From NCBI GenBank assembly GCA_005893295.1, contig VBOY01000007.1:27591-80301 (forward strand): a DNA stretch of 52,711 nucleotides, given 5' to 3'. The DNA comes from Candidatus Eiseniibacteriota bacterium. Lineage in GTDB: Bacteria; Eisenbacteria; RBG-16-71-46. This document shows, one piece after another, positions 8,131 to 18,857 of the stretch. The translations under genes were made by a program, and so were the position numbers. The notes under the pieces were generated by a model, which was given only the letters and a program-made list of their open reading frames with translations, was not told the DNA's origin and did not search any database. How positions within the stretch are numbered: the first letter of the stretch is position 1; each line of letters opens with the position of its first letter.

Positions 8131-9129
8131 ATGTCCCGCTCGTTCGATCTCGCCGCGCTGCGCGGCCTGGTGGCGCGCTTCTCGGGCCGCAGGATCCTGG
8201 TGCTCGGCGACCTCATGCTCGACCGCTACCTGTGGGGGCGGGTCGATCGGATCTCGCCCGAAGCTCCCGTACCCGTAGTCGAGATCGAGCGCGAGACGTT
8301 CACGCTCGGCGGCGCGGGCAACGTCGCCGCGAACCTGCGGTCGCTCGGAGCCGAGGCAATTCTGGCCGGCGTGGTCGGCTCGGACGACGAGGGGGAACGG
8401 CTGGTCGAAACCCTGCGCACGCGTGGCGTCGACACGGCGTTGGTCCAACGCGACCTCGCGCGCCCGACCACCGTCAAGACGCGGATCGTCGCCCATTCGC
8501 AGCAGGTGGTGCGCGCCGATCGGGAGTCGCGGGCCGACGTGAACGGCAGCGTCCTCGAGGCCCTGCTCGCTCCGGTGGCCGAGCGGATCGCCGACTGCGA
8601 CGGGCTGGTGGTGAGCGATTACGGCAAGGGCGTGATCACGCCCCGCGCCCTCGCAGCGGCGCTTTCCGCGGCCCGCCGACGGGGGATCCACGTCAGCGTC
8701 GATCCCAAGGAGAGCCACCTCGATGCCTATCGCGAGGTCAGCATCCTCACCCCCAATCAGCACGAGGCGGGCAGCTTCATGGGCCGGCGCATCGTCGACG
8801 ATGCGAGCCTGCTCGACGTAGGCTGGGGGCTCCAGAGGCGGCTCGACGCCGCGGCCGTGCTGATCACCCGCGGCGCCCAGGGCATGAGCCTGTTCGAGCG
8901 CGGGGGCGGCCTCACGCACCTGCCGACCGTGGCGCGCGAGGTGTACGACGTCACGGGCGCCGGCGACACGGTGGTGAGCGTCGTGGCACTGGCGCTCGCC
9001 GCGGGCGCCGACTTCCCGAACGCCTGCCACCTCGCGAACCACGCTGCTGGCGTCGTGATCCGTGAGGTCGGCACCGCATCGTGCTCGCCGGCCGAGCTGC
9101 TCGCCTCCCTGGACGGGACCGGGCCGTGA
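8131..9129 (+). CDS. rfaE1: D-glycero-beta-D-manno-heptose-7-phosphate kinase (HldE domain I)
   Basis: GDLMLDRYLWG.VDRISPEAPVPVV, GGAGNVA, SDYGKG, LTPN, DVTGAGDTV. Confidence 0.95.
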   Translation: MSRSFDLAALRGLVARFSGRRILVLGDLMLDRYLWGRVDRISPEAPVPVVEIERETFTLGGAGNVAANLRSLGAEAILAGVVGSDDEGERLVETLRTRGVDTALVQRDLARPTTVKTRIVAHSQQVVRADRESRADVNGSVLEALLAPVAERIADCDGLVVSDYGKGVITPRALAAALSAARRRGIHVSVDPKESHLDAYREVSILTPNQHEAGSFMGRRIVDDASLLDVGWGLQRRLDAAAVLITRGAQGMSLFERGGGLTHLPTVAREVYDVTGAGDTVVSVVALALAAGADFPNACHLANHAAGVVIREVGTASCSPAELLASLDGTGP

Positions 9130-9647
9130 CGCCCGGGGGTGCGGCCGCCGACCTCCCCGCCGCGGGTGCCGTGCTGTCGAAAGGCGAGCACGCCACGCTT
9201 GAGGCGTGGCGCGCAGCGGGCGATGTGATCGTGTTCACGAACGGCGTCTTCGACTTGCTGCACCGCGGGCATCTCGATTTGCTCGAGCGCTCACGCGCCC
9301 TCGGCGATCGGCTGGTGGTAGGCGTGAACGGGGACGCCTCGGTGCGGCGCCTCAAAGGATCGGGTCGGCCGCTCGTCCTGGCCACCGAGCGCACCGCGAT
9401 GCTCGCGGCGCTACGCTGCGTGGACATGACCGTGATCTTCGACGACGACACGCCGGAGCGCTTGATCCGCGAGGTGAAGCCCCACGTGCTGGTGAAAGGG
9501 GGCGACTGGCCGGTGGAGCGGATCGTCGGCCGCGCATTCGTCGAGGCGCACGGAGGCCGCGTGCTGAGCCTTCCCCTGCGCGAGGGCTACGGAACCTCGA
9601 ACATCGTCGAGCGCATCCGCGCCGGCCGCTCGGCGCTCGATCCATGA
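9126..9647 (+). CDS. rfaE2: Heptose-1-phosphate adenylyltransferase (HldE domain II)
   Basis: VFTNGVFDLLHRGH, LVVGVNGDASVRRLKG..RP, LVKGGDW. GTGA overlap with rfaE1. Confidence 0.93.
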   Translation: MTPGGAAADLPAAGAVLSKGEHATLEAWRAAGDVIVFTNGVFDLLHRGHLDLLERSRALGDRLVVGVNGDASVRRLKGSGRPLVLATERTAMLAALRCVDMTVIFDDDTPERLIREVKPHVLVKGGDWPVERIVGRAFVEAHGGRVLSLPLREGYGTSNIVERIRAGRSALDP

Positions 9648-9697
9648 CGGCCACGTGGCATCCTGTGCGCGCGCCGCGACACGGCGCCACGGCCGTG

Positions 9698-9746
9698 GAG
9701 GCTGCTTGAGGCAGGAGGCCGCTTAACGCAGAGGCTGCTTAACGCC
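9698..9746 (+). repeat. Three imperfect 16-17 bp direct repeats abutting a -35 element
   Basis: GAGGCTGCTTGAGGCAG (9698), GAGGCCGCTTAACGCA (9715), GAGGCTGCTTAACGCC (9731). Confidence 0.75.
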
Positions 9747-9775
9747 TTGATTCCCGACTTCAGGGCGCGTAGCCT
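9747..9775 (+). promoter_or_regulatory. Sigma70-type promoter for ALDH-sucCD-ndk
   Basis: TTGATT-N17-TAGCCT. Confidence 0.5.
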
Positions 9776-9866
9776 AACGCGTTCTTTGTGGCTAGACGCT
9801 TCTCGCGCGCCGGCCCGAGAATCGCCCACCGTTCCTGGAGGCCCGCGCCAGCACCGGCGCTCACGC

Positions 9867-11343
9867 ATGCCGCAACCATTTCTGAACTCGATCGGAGGCC
9901 GGTGGGTACCCGCGTGCTCCGGCCGCACCTTCCCCAACCGCAATCCCGCCACCGGCGAGACGCTGGGCGAGTTCCCGGCCTCGGGCGCAGAGGACGTCGC
10001 CGCCGCCGTCGACGCGGCGGCGGCCGCCTATCGCTCGTGGCGGATGACCCCGGCGCCCAAGCGTGCCGAGATCGTCTTCCGGGCCGGGGCGATGATCGCC
10101 GCGCGCAAGGAAGAACTGGCCAAAGCCATGACGCGCGAGATGGGGAAGATCTTAATTGAGACGCGCGGCGACGTGCAGGAAGGAATCGACATGGCCTTCC
10201 TGGCGGGAGGCGAGGGACGGCGCATGTTCGGCGTCACCACGCCGAGCGAGATGCCGAACAAGTGGGCGATGTCGGTGCGCTGCCCGATCGGCGTTGCCGG
10301 GGTGATCACGCCCTGGAACTTCCCGTTCGCGATTCCGTCGTGGAAGCTGATGCCGGCCCTGGTGGCGGGCAACACGGCGGTGTTCAAGCCCGCCGGCGAC
10401 ACGCCCGAGATGGCGTGGCATTTCACCAAGATCTTCGAAGCGGCCGGGTTGCCGCCGGGGGTGCTCAATCTCGTGTTCGGCAGCGGCTCGCAGGTCGGGG
10501 ACCCGATGGTCGCCCACCCCGGCATCCAGGTGCTCTCGTTCACCGGCTCGACCGAGGTCGGGCTCGGCATCGCCGGCAAGGGCGGGGCGCTCGGCAAGCG
10601 GATCTCGCTCGAGATGGGGGGCAAGAACGCGATCATCGTGCTCGAGGACGCCGCTCGCGGCAGACGCCATCGCCTGGAGCGCGTTCGGGACCACCGGCCA
10701 ACGCTGCACCGCCTGTAGCCGCGTGCTGGTGGCCGAGCGAGTGCACGATGCGCTGGTCGAGCGCGTCGCTACCCGGGCCCAGTCCTTGAAGCTCGGCGAC
10801 GGGCTCGACCCAGATACCGAGGTGGGTCCGCTCGTCAACCAGGGCCAGGTCGAGCGCGTCCACCAGTACGTGGAGATCGGGCTCGAGGAAGGAGCGCGTC
10901 TCGCGGCCGGCGGGGCGCGCGCCAACGACGGAGCGCTGGCCAAGGGACACTTCTACCGCCCCACCGTGTTCGCCTGCGTCAAGCCCCACGCGCGCATCGC
11001 GGTCGAGGAGATCTTCGGGCCGGTGCTGGCCATGATTCGCGTGCGCGACCTGGACGAGGCGATCCAGATCAACAACGCGTCGCGCTTCGGGCTCTCCGCT
11101 TCGGTGTTCACCGCCGACGTCAACCGGGCCTTTCGCGCGATGCGCGACCTCGACACCGGAATCGTGTACGTGAACCACGGCACCACCGGCGCCGAAACGC
11201 ACTTGCCCTTCGGCGGTACGCGCGGAACCGGCAACGGTCACCGCGAGGCGGGGCATACCATGCTCGATCCCTTCACCGAGTGGAAGAGCGTCTACATCGA
11301 CTTCAGCGGCCGCATTCAGCGGGCGCAGATCGACAACCCCTAG
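9867..11343 (+). pseudogene. NAD(P)-dependent aldehyde dehydrogenase, frameshifted at ~10653
   Basis: ITPWNFP, FTGSTEVG and LEMGGKNA lie in one frame. LAADAIAWSAFGTTGQRCTA (catalytic Cys), EEIFGPV and PFGG resume in the next frame. A few bases of the usual EDADLDLA segment are missing. Confidence 0.9.
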
Positions 11344-11362
11344 CGCCTCGGCGAGACCGTCC

Positions 11363-12502
11363 ATGAACCTGCACGAGTACCAAGCCAAGGAGCTGTTCGC
11401 GCGGCACGGGCTTCCGGTGCTGCCGGGACAGGTGGCGACCACGCCCGAGGAGGCACGGAACATCGCCACCTCGCTGGGCGATACCGTGGTGCTCAAGGCC
11501 CAGGTTCTGGTTGGCGGTCGCGGGAAGGCGGGCGGTGTGAAGCTGGCGCGCGGCGCCGAGGAGGCCTACCACGCGGCGCGCGCCATTCTGGGGCTCAAGA
11601 TCCAGGATCTGCCGGTGCGCAAGGTCCTGGTGGCGCGCGCGGCCGAGATCGCACGCGAGCTGTACCTGTCGATCGTGCTCGATCGGGCCGCCCAGCTGCC
11701 GCTGGTGATGCTGTCCGCCGAGGGTGGAGTCGAGATCGAGGAAGTCGCCCGGGTGAGCCCCGAGAAGATCCTGCGGCGCCACGTGTCGCTCGACGGCCTG
11801 AGGCCGTACCAGGCGCGCTCCTTGTTCCGTCCGTTGCTCGCCGACGGCTCCCAGGTTTCCCAAGCTGCGGACATCCTGCTTAGGCTGTGGGCGGTGTTTC
11901 GAGACGGGGACTGCACGCTGGCTGAAATCAATCCGCTCGCGGTGACGCCGGAGGGGAAGTTGGTGGCCCTCGACGCCAAGGTGACGCTGGACGATAACGC
12001 CGAGTTCCGTCATCGCGACTGGAACCTGTGGCGCGATCCCGAAGACGAAACGCCCGGAGCCCGGCTGGCGCGCGAGCGGGGGCTGTCGTACGTGAAGCTG
12101 GACGGCGACATCGGATGCGTCGTGAACGGCGCGGGCCTCGCCATGGCCACCATGGACCTGGTGAAGCACTACGGCGGCGAGCCGGCCAATTTCCTCGACA
12201 TCGGCGGCTCGTCGAGCCCCGACAAGGTGACGGCGGCGCTCAAGATCATCACCTCCGATTCGCGCGTGCGAGTCATCCTGTTCAACATCTTCGGTGGCAT
12301 CACGCGCTGCGACGACGTGGCGCGGGGCATCGTGCAGTCCCTCGAGCAGAGCCCGCTCGCGGTGCCGCTCGTGATCCGGCTCACCGGGACGAACGAGGAC
12401 CTGGCGCGCAAGATCCTGGCCGAGCGCGGGCTCTCGGCCACCACCTCGATGGACGAAGGCGTGCGCGCGGCGATCGCCAAGGCACAGGAGGTGTTCGCGT
12501 GA
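11363..12502 (+). CDS. sucC: Succinyl-CoA synthetase beta subunit
   Basis: [46 protein letters not shown]. Confidence 0.98.
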   Translation: MNLHEYQAKELFARHGLPVLPGQVATTPEEARNIATSLGDTVVLKAQVLVGGRGKAGGVKLARGAEEAYHAARAILGLKIQDLPVRKVLVARAAEIARELYLSIVLDRAAQLPLVMLSAEGGVEIEEVARVSPEKILRRHVSLDGLRPYQARSLFRPLLADGSQVSQAADILLRLWAVFRDGDCTLAEINPLAVTPEGKLVALDAKVTLDDNAEFRHRDWNLWRDPEDETPGARLARERGLSYVKLDGDIGCVVNGAGLAMATMDLVKHYGGEPANFLDIGGSSSPDKVTAALKIITSDSRVRVILFNIFGGITRCDDVARGIVQSLEQSPLAVPLVIRLTGTNEDLARKILAERGLSATTSMDEGVRAAIAKAQEVFA

Positions 12503-13572
12503 GCATCCTGATCGACAAGGGCACGCGGCTCCTGGTGCAGGGCATCACCGGCCGCGACGGCGGGTTTCACACCCGTCAAATGCTCGATTACGGAACCAAG
12601 GTCGTGGCCGGCGTCACTCCCGGACGGGGCGGAGAGAAGATCCACGGCGTGCCGGTGTTCGACAGCGTAGCCGAAGCCATGGCGGCCACGCGAGCGAACA
12701 CCTCGATGATCGTCGTTCCCGCTCCCTTCGCCGCCGACGCCATCTTCGAGGCGGCGGACGCCGGCGTGGGCTTGATCGTGTGCATCACCGAGGGCATTCC
12801 GGTGCGCGACGCGCTGGCGGTGGTGCACGACATCGCCGCGCTGCGCAAGAGCCCCGATTCGGGCCGGCCGGCGCGCGGCCGCCCGCGATTGATCGGCCCC
12901 AACTGTCCGGGCCTGATCAGTCCCGGGCTCTCCAAGGTGGGGATTCTGCCCGGGCAGATCTGCAAGCCAGGATCGGTCGGCGTGGTGTCCCGCAGCGGCA
13001 CGCTGACCTACGAAGTGGTTCACCAGCTGAGCCAGAGCGGCCTCGGCCAGAGCACCTGCCTCGGCGTCGGCGGCGACCCGGTGATCGGAACCACCTTCGT
13101 CGACACGCTGGCTTTGTTCGAGGACGACTCCGAGACCGATGCGATCGTGCTGATCGGAGAGATCGGCGGGACCGACGAAGAGGAGGCGGCGCAGTTCATC
13201 AAGCGGCGGGTCAGAAAGCCGGTGGTCGCGTTCATCGCCGGCCAGACCGCGCCCCCCGGCAAGCGCATGGGGCACGCCGGGGCGATCGTCGCGGGCGGCA
13301 CCGGGCAGGCGAGCGAGAAGATCGCCGCGTTTCGCGCGGTCGGCGTTCCGGTGGCGCGCGTCCCGTCCGAGATCCCAGGGTTGGTGGGGGAGCTCCTGGA
13401 GCGCCGGCGCGGGCGGCGGGCCTCGGCTCGCCCCAAGAGCCGGCATGCCGGCCGCTCGCTCGCCGCCAGCCGTCCCGCACGCGCCGCGGGGCCGAAGCGG
13501 ACCACGGCGAAACGCGGGACCGCCGCGCGCGGCGGTGGGCGACGGACGGCGACCCGTCGATCATCGCGCTGA
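12499..13572 (+). CDS. sucD: Succinyl-CoA synthetase alpha subunit with a basic C-terminal tail
   Basis: GTG 12499 gives [17 protein letters not shown]; [21 protein letters not shown]. Confidence 0.97.
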   Translation: MSILIDKGTRLLVQGITGRDGGFHTRQMLDYGTKVVAGVTPGRGGEKIHGVPVFDSVAEAMAATRANTSMIVVPAPFAADAIFEAADAGVGLIVCITEGIPVRDALAVVHDIAALRKSPDSGRPARGRPRLIGPNCPGLISPGLSKVGILPGQICKPGSVGVVSRSGTLTYEVVHQLSQSGLGQSTCLGVGGDPVIGTTFVDTLALFEDDSETDAIVLIGEIGGTDEEEAAQFIKRRVRKPVVAFIAGQTAPPGKRMGHAGAIVAGGTGQASEKIAAFRAVGVPVARVPSEIPGLVGELLERRRGRRASARPKSRHAGRSLAASRPARAAGPKRTTAKRGTAARGGGRRTATRRSSR

Positions 13573-13607
13573 TGCGGCTCTGATCGACCGTGAAGGAGGA
13601 ATTGCCG

Positions 13608-14024
13608 CTGGAACGAACCCTGTTCATCGTCAAGCCCGACGCCGTGGAGCGCAACCTGATCGGGAAGATCCTGGCGCACGTGGAGGACCGGGGCTTTCGC
13701 ATCGTGGAAGCGCGCCTGGGGCCGATCGCGCGCGAGGAGGCGGAGCGCTTCTATGCCGAGCACCGAGGCAAGCCCTTCTTCTTGGACCTGCTCGACTACA
13801 TGACCTCCGGCCCGGTCATGCTGACGTGCCTCGAGCGGGAGGGCGCGGTGCGCGGCCTGCGCGAGGTGGTGGGAGCGACCGACCCCAAGGAGGCCGCACC
13901 AGGCACCGTGCGGCAGCTGTTCGGGCTTAGCAAGCAGATGAACTCGGTGCACGCTTCCGACAGCCCGGCGAGCGCCAGCCGGGAAGTCGAGCTGTTCTTC
14001 GGCGCGCAAGCCCTGGCCCGCTGA
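13608..14024 (+). CDS. ndk: Nucleoside diphosphate kinase
   Basis: ERTLFIVKPDAV, GTVR..FG, NSVHASDS. Start placed at CTG 13608, 8 nt after AGGAGG; the ORF track uses 13590. Confidence 0.95.
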   Translation: MERTLFIVKPDAVERNLIGKILAHVEDRGFRIVEARLGPIAREEAERFYAEHRGKPFFLDLLDYMTSGPVMLTCLEREGAVRGLREVVGATDPKEAAPGTVRQLFGLSKQMNSVHASDSPASASREVELFFGAQALAR

Positions 14025-14132
14025 GCGCGGCCCCGGCGAGGCCCGCGGCGCGAGCCCCCGGCCGGCTGGACGCGGTCTGAAACCGTGTGCTAGTGTGCCG
14101 GTATCCCGGTCCACGGTCTGCTCTAACTCGAT

Positions 14133-14606
14133 ATGTCGGCCTTCGTTATTCAGTTAGCGGCCCTGGCCGGGGGGCTCAACCGCCTTGAGGAACGGGCCCT
14201 GGCTGCCGATCTGGAGCTCGAGGAGTCCCAGTGGCCCGGGACGATCTTCGGGGCCCTGACAGTAGAAAGGACCGGCGAGAGGGTGGCAGTACGCGGCCAG
14301 GTCCGAGCCGTGGCCCAGCTGGAATGCGGACGCTGTCTCGTGACGTTCGAGCAGCCCGTCGAGGGCGATCTGACCCTGTACGCCGACCGGTCGGGTGGAT
14401 CCCTGGGGCTCGAGCGAGAGCTCGAGGACGACCACGCCATGAGGTTTCACGACGGCCGCCGGCTGGACCTGCGCGGGGCCGCGCGCGAAGCGTTGCTGGT
14501 CGAGCTTCCCATCACTCCGCGCTGTCGCGAGGAGTGCCGGGGCTTGTGCCCGACGTGTGGCGCGGACCTCAACCAGGGACCATGCGACTGCGGCGGGCGA
14601 GAATAG
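14133..14606 (+). CDS. yceD: DUF177 / YceD family protein
   Basis: ECGRCL and [23 protein letters not shown]; located directly before rpmF. Confidence 0.9.
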   Translation: MSAFVIQLAALAGGLNRLEERALAADLELEESQWPGTIFGALTVERTGERVAVRGQVRAVAQLECGRCLVTFEQPVEGDLTLYADRSGGSLGLERELEDDHAMRFHDGRRLDLRGAAREALLVELPITPRCREECRGLCPTCGADLNQGPCDCGGRE

Positions 14607-14694
14607 GCTCGGTCCTAAGACCCGGCGTACGGCGGGTCCTAGGGCTCGTCGAACGGGTTCGAGCCCCCGGGACGACTCCCGTAGGAGGAACACG

Positions 14695-14877
14695 ATGGCA
14701 GTACCCAAGCGAAGGCACTCGAGCACGCGCGGGCGCAAGCGGCGCACGCACTGGAAGCTCGCTGCCCCTGGTCTCCATGCCTGCAGCCACTGCAGCAGCT
14801 TGAAGCAGCCGCATCGGGTGTGCCCGAACTGCGGCTACTACGACGGCGAGGAGATCGTCGTGCCGCGATCCGAATAG
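14695..14877 (+). CDS. rpmF: 50S ribosomal protein L32
   Basis: MAVPKRRHS...CSHC...[10 protein letters not shown]; AGGAGG SD. Confidence 0.97.
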   Translation: MAVPKRRHSSTRGRKRRTHWKLAAPGLHACSHCSSLKQPHRVCPNCGYYDGEEIVVPRSE

Positions 14878-14897
14878 TCGAGACAGGGCCCAAGGGA

Positions 14898-15920
14898 ATG
14901 GCTCCGATCCCGCGGATCGGGATTGACGCGATGGGAGGGGACCACGGCCCCAGCGTGGTCGCACAGGGAACCGTGCGAGCGCTGCGGGAGCTACCGGGGC
15001 GTTTCGCGGTCACCCTGATCGGCGACCAGGCCGAGATCGGCCCCGCGCTCCGCAAGGCCGACGCGGATGGGCTTCCGATCGAGGTGGTACACGCCTCGGA
15101 GCGCATCGAGATGGCCGAGAAGGCGTCGCTCGCGGCGCGAAAGGCGGGCTCCTCGATCGGCGTGATGACCCAGCTCCACAAGGAGGGCCGCCTGGACGCC
15201 ATCTTCAGCGCCGGAAACACGGGCGCGGTGGTGGCGACCGCGCTGCTCGGGCTCGGCCGGCTCGAATCGGTGGCACGTCCGGCGTTGGCCGCGTTTCTGC
15301 CCAATCCCGCGGGAGGCACGGTCCTGCTGGACGTCGGTGCCAACGCCGAGTGCAAGGCGAGCTACCTGGTCCAGTTCGCCCACATGGGTGCGGTCTATGC
15401 CCGCTACCTGTTAGGGCGGGAGAACCCCCGCATCGGACTGCTCTCGATCGGCGAGGAGGACACCAAGGGGAACGGGCTCGTGCTCGAGGCCCTCCCGCTG
15501 CTGCGCCGTGCGCACCACTTGCAATTCATCGGCAACGTCGAGGGGCGGGACGTCTTCAAGGGCTCGTGCGACGTGGTGGTGACCGACGGCTTCACCGGCA
15601 ATGTCGTGCTCAAGACGGCCGAGAGCGTGGCGGCACTACTGGTGCACAAGATGCGCGAGGAAATCCTGCACGATCCGATGGCGATGGTCGGCACGCTGTT
15701 CATGCGGCCGGCGCTCCACCGCCTGAGACGGTCGCTCGACTGGGAGGAGCACGGCGCCGCCCCGTTGCTGGGGGTGAACGGCGTGTGCTTCATCGGCCAC
15801 GGGAGCAGCGGCTCGACGGCGATCTTCAGCGCGATCCGCACCGTGACCGAGTTCGTGGAGAAACGCGTCAACGAGCACATCCGGGAAGAGATCGAGGCGG
15901 ACCGTGAAACGGCAGCGTGA
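14898..15920 (+). CDS. plsX: Phosphate acyltransferase PlsX
   Basis: IGIDAMGGDHGP, SAGNTGA, LDVGANAE, FIGNVEG, TDGFTGNV. Confidence 0.97.
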   Translation: MAPIPRIGIDAMGGDHGPSVVAQGTVRALRELPGRFAVTLIGDQAEIGPALRKADADGLPIEVVHASERIEMAEKASLAARKAGSSIGVMTQLHKEGRLDAIFSAGNTGAVVATALLGLGRLESVARPALAAFLPNPAGGTVLLDVGANAECKASYLVQFAHMGAVYARYLLGRENPRIGLLSIGEEDTKGNGLVLEALPLLRRAHHLQFIGNVEGRDVFKGSCDVVVTDGFTGNVVLKTAESVAALLVHKMREEILHDPMAMVGTLFMRPALHRLRRSLDWEEHGAAPLLGVNGVCFIGHGSSGSTAIFSAIRTVTEFVEKRVNEHIREEIEADRETAA

Positions 15921-16974
15921 GATCCGCGGCTCGACCATCGTGGGCACCGGCATGTACGTGCCCGAACGAGTGCTCACGAATCTCGATTTCGAGAAGATGG
16001 TCGACACCTCGGACGAGTGGATCCTCGAACGCACCGGGATCCGCGAGCGGCGCATCGCCGCGCCTCATCAGGCATCGTCCGACCTGGCGCTGCACGCGAG
16101 CGAGCGAGCGCTCGCGATGGCCGGCATCACGGCCGACGACGTGGACCAGATCGTGATCGCCACGACCACCCCGGACCGATTTCTTCCCTCCTGCGCGTGC
16201 ACCCTGCAGCAAAAGCTCGGCGCCTCGCGCGCCGCCGCCTACGACGTGTTCGCGGCCTGCACCGGGTTCGTCTACGGCCTCGGGATCGCGCGCGGCGTGA
16301 TCGGGGCTCGGATCGCGGACACGGTGCTGGTGGTGGGCGTGGAGACTCTGTCTCGGATCGTCGACTACACCGACCGCAACACCTGCGTGCTGTTCGGGGA
16401 TGGCGCAGGGGCGGCTGTCGTGCGGCCGTGCGACCCCGACGTGGGTGTGCTCTCGGTCAGCATGCACAGCGACGGCGCCCTCGGCGAAGTCTTGGTCATC
16501 CCGGCCGGGGGATCGGCGCGACCGGCCTCGGTCGAAACGGTGCAGGCGCGCGAGCACGCGATCCAGATGCAGGGCAAGAAGCTGTTCCCGTTCGCGGTGC
16601 GGTCGATGGAGGACAGCCTGCGGGAATCCCTGGCCGAGGCAGGGCTCGGCGCCTCGGACTTGGACCTCGTCGTCCCCCACCAGGCCAACCTCAGAATCAT
16701 CGACGCAGTCCGTGAGCGACTCGACCTGCCGCAGGAGAAGATGTTGATCAACATCGAACGCTACGGCAACACCTCCTCGGCCTCGATTCCCATCCTGCTC
16801 GACGAGGCGGTGAACGCCGGACGCTTGAAGCTCGGCGACATCGTCGGACTCTCCGCGTTCGGCGGCGGGGCCACCTGGGGCTCGTGCGTGATGCGGTGGA
16901 CCATGGCGCGCAAGGGCGCGCCGGCATCCACGGCGTCGGTGTCGGGCGCGGCGGCGGCCGTCCCGCAGTCGTGA
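15904..16974 (+). CDS. fabH: 3-oxoacyl-ACP synthase III
   Basis: DTSDEWI.ERTGIRERR, AACTGF, LFGDGAGA, PHQAN, YGNTSSAS. Confidence 0.97.
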   Translation: MKRQREIRGSTIVGTGMYVPERVLTNLDFEKMVDTSDEWILERTGIRERRIAAPHQASSDLALHASERALAMAGITADDVDQIVIATTTPDRFLPSCACTLQQKLGASRAAAYDVFAACTGFVYGLGIARGVIGARIADTVLVVGVETLSRIVDYTDRNTCVLFGDGAGAAVVRPCDPDVGVLSVSMHSDGALGEVLVIPAGGSARPASVETVQAREHAIQMQGKKLFPFAVRSMEDSLRESLAEAGLGASDLDLVVPHQANLRIIDAVRERLDLPQEKMLINIERYGNTSSASIPILLDEAVNAGRLKLGDIVGLSAFGGGATWGSCVMRWTMARKGAPASTASVSGAAAAVPQS

Positions 16975-17945
16975 AGCTCGCCTTCCTGTTCCCCGGGCAA
17001 GGGGCCCAGAAGGTCGGCATGGGCCGCGCCTTGGCCGAGGGCTTCGCCGTCGCTCGCGAGATCTTCGAGCGCGCCGATCGCGCGCTCTCCGTTCCGCTCT
17101 CCACCCTGTGCTGGGAGGGCCCGGCCGACGAGCTCAAGAAGTCGCTCAATACCCAGCCCGCCTTGTTGACCCATAGCATCGCGGCGTGGCAGCTGGTGCA
17201 CCGGGCCGGCCTCGAACCGTCGTGGGTCGCCGGGCACAGCCTCGGCGAGTACTCGGCCTGCGTGGCGGCCGGGGCAATCGAGTTCGAAGACGCGCTCCGC
17301 TTGGTGCGGCGGCGCGGCGAGCTCATGTACCAAGCGGGGCTCGAGCGTCCCGGGACGATGGCCGCCTTTCTGGGGCTCGAAGCCGCGGTGGTCGAGGAGA
17401 TTTGCCGCGAGGCCGCATCCGCCGGCATCGTGGCCGCGGCGAATTGGAACGCACCTGGACAGGTGGTGGTCTCCGGGGAGATCCCCGCGGTCGAGCGGGC
17501 CTGCGAGCTGGCGCGCGCGCGGGGGGCGAAGCGGGCGGTGCGGCTCGAGGTGAGCGGCGCGTTCCACTCTCCGCTCATGGCCACGGCCGCCGCCGGACTC
17601 GCGGCGGCGCTCGACGCGGTCACCTTTCGCGATCCACGCTGCCCGGTCGTGGTCAACGTGTCCGCGGCCCCGCTCGCCACGGCCGCGGAGCTGCGTGCGG
17701 CGCTGGGCTCCCAGCTGCTGGGCGCGGTGCGCTGGGAGGATTCCATGCGGCGCCTCCGGTCGCTCGGCGCCGAGGGCTTCGTCGAGCTGGGCAGTGGCAC
17801 GGTCCTGCGCGGCCTGCTGCGCACGCTGGATCGACAAGCGCCGTCGTGGAACGTCGAGGACTTGGAGAGCCTGCGCTCGACGTTGGCCGCGCTCGGCGCT
17901 TCCGCTTCCGTCGCAGCGACCCCGGTCCCGGATAGGCAGGCGTAG
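16971..17945 (+). CDS. fabD: Malonyl-CoA:ACP transacylase
   Basis: [26 protein letters not shown]. Confidence 0.97.
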   Translation: MKLAFLFPGQGAQKVGMGRALAEGFAVAREIFERADRALSVPLSTLCWEGPADELKKSLNTQPALLTHSIAAWQLVHRAGLEPSWVAGHSLGEYSACVAAGAIEFEDALRLVRRRGELMYQAGLERPGTMAAFLGLEAAVVEEICREAASAGIVAAANWNAPGQVVVSGEIPAVERACELARARGAKRAVRLEVSGAFHSPLMATAAAGLAAALDAVTFRDPRCPVVVNVSAAPLATAAELRAALGSQLLGAVRWEDSMRRLRSLGAEGFVELGSGTVLRGLLRTLDRQAPSWNVEDLESLRSTLAALGASASVAATPVPDRQA

Positions 17946-17946
17946 T

Positions 17947-18726
17947 GTGTCCGAAGCGCAGGCGGTGACCGACCGCGTGCGGACCGACGAGTTGGCCGGC
18001 CAGGTGGCTTTCGTCACCGGCGGAGGGACCGGGATTGGGCTCGCCGTGGCGCGCGCGTTGTCGGCGCGTGGCGCGGCGGTCGCCTTGTTCGCGCGCAACG
18101 AGGAGCGGGCTCGGGCAGCGGCCGAGGCGCTGCGGGGCTCCGGGGGGAGGGCGCAGGCGTTCGCGGCCGACGTCTCGGACACGCCATCGGTGGATGGCGC
18201 GTTCGAAGCCGCGCTCGCGGCCTTGGGAAAGGTCGACATCTTGGTGAACAACGCCGGGGTGGCGCGCGACGGGTTGTTCTTGCGCATGAACGACGAGCAA
18301 TGGCGCGAGGTGATCGAGACGAACCTCGGGGGCGCGTTCCGCTGCTGCCGGGCCGTGGCACGGCCGATGATGAAAGCTCGCTCGGGACGCATCGTCACCG
18401 TCTCCTCGGTGGTCGGCCAGATCGGCAACGCGGGTCAGGCCAACTACGCCGCCGCGAAGGCCGGACTGCTCGGGCTCACCAAGTCGTTGGCGCGCGAGCT
18501 GGCGCCACGCGGCATCACGGTGAACGCGGTGTGCCCGGGCTTCATCGAAACGGCGATGACGGAAGGCCTCTCGGACCAAGTGCGCGCCGACTTGCTGTCG
18601 CGCATTCCGCTGGCCCGTCTCGGTCACCCCGAGGAAGTGGCGGAAGTGGTTGCGTTCCTGGCGTCGCCCCAGGCGGCCTACGTAACCGGGCAAGTTTGGA
18701 ATGTAGACGGCGGTATGGTGATGTAG
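17947..18726 (+). CDS. fabG: 3-oxoacyl-ACP reductase
   Basis: [27 protein letters not shown]. Confidence 0.96.
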   Translation: MSEAQAVTDRVRTDELAGQVAFVTGGGTGIGLAVARALSARGAAVALFARNEERARAAAEALRGSGGRAQAFAADVSDTPSVDGAFEAALAALGKVDILVNNAGVARDGLFLRMNDEQWREVIETNLGGAFRCCRAVARPMMKARSGRIVTVSSVVGQIGNAGQANYAAAKAGLLGLTKSLARELAPRGITVNAVCPGFIETAMTEGLSDQVRADLLSRIPLARLGHPEEVAEVVAFLASPQAAYVTGQVWNVDGGMVM

Positions 18727-18857
18727 CAGGGTGTCCTGATTGCCGATGCTTGGCTCGGGGGCCTGCCGCAAGGCGGCTCAAGGGCGCCGATCGGGTGGGT
18801 GCCGGCGGGGGTTAAGCTCCGCGGAATCGCTCGACTCCAACCGAGGAGGTGAATGCG

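Noticed and set aside
9698-9746. Direct repeats as a mini CRISPR array
   Set aside because: The units are 16-17 bp and contiguous, with no spacers and no cas genes.
10640-10660. Programmed ribosomal frameshifting in ALDH, lptG or tonB
   Set aside because: No slippery heptamers are present, and conserved residues are missing at the junctions, which points to deletion rather than recoding.
14653-14670. GGGTTCGAGCCC resembling a tRNA T-arm
   Set aside because: Only 3 bp of T-stem can form, and there is no acceptor stem, D-arm or anticodon arm.
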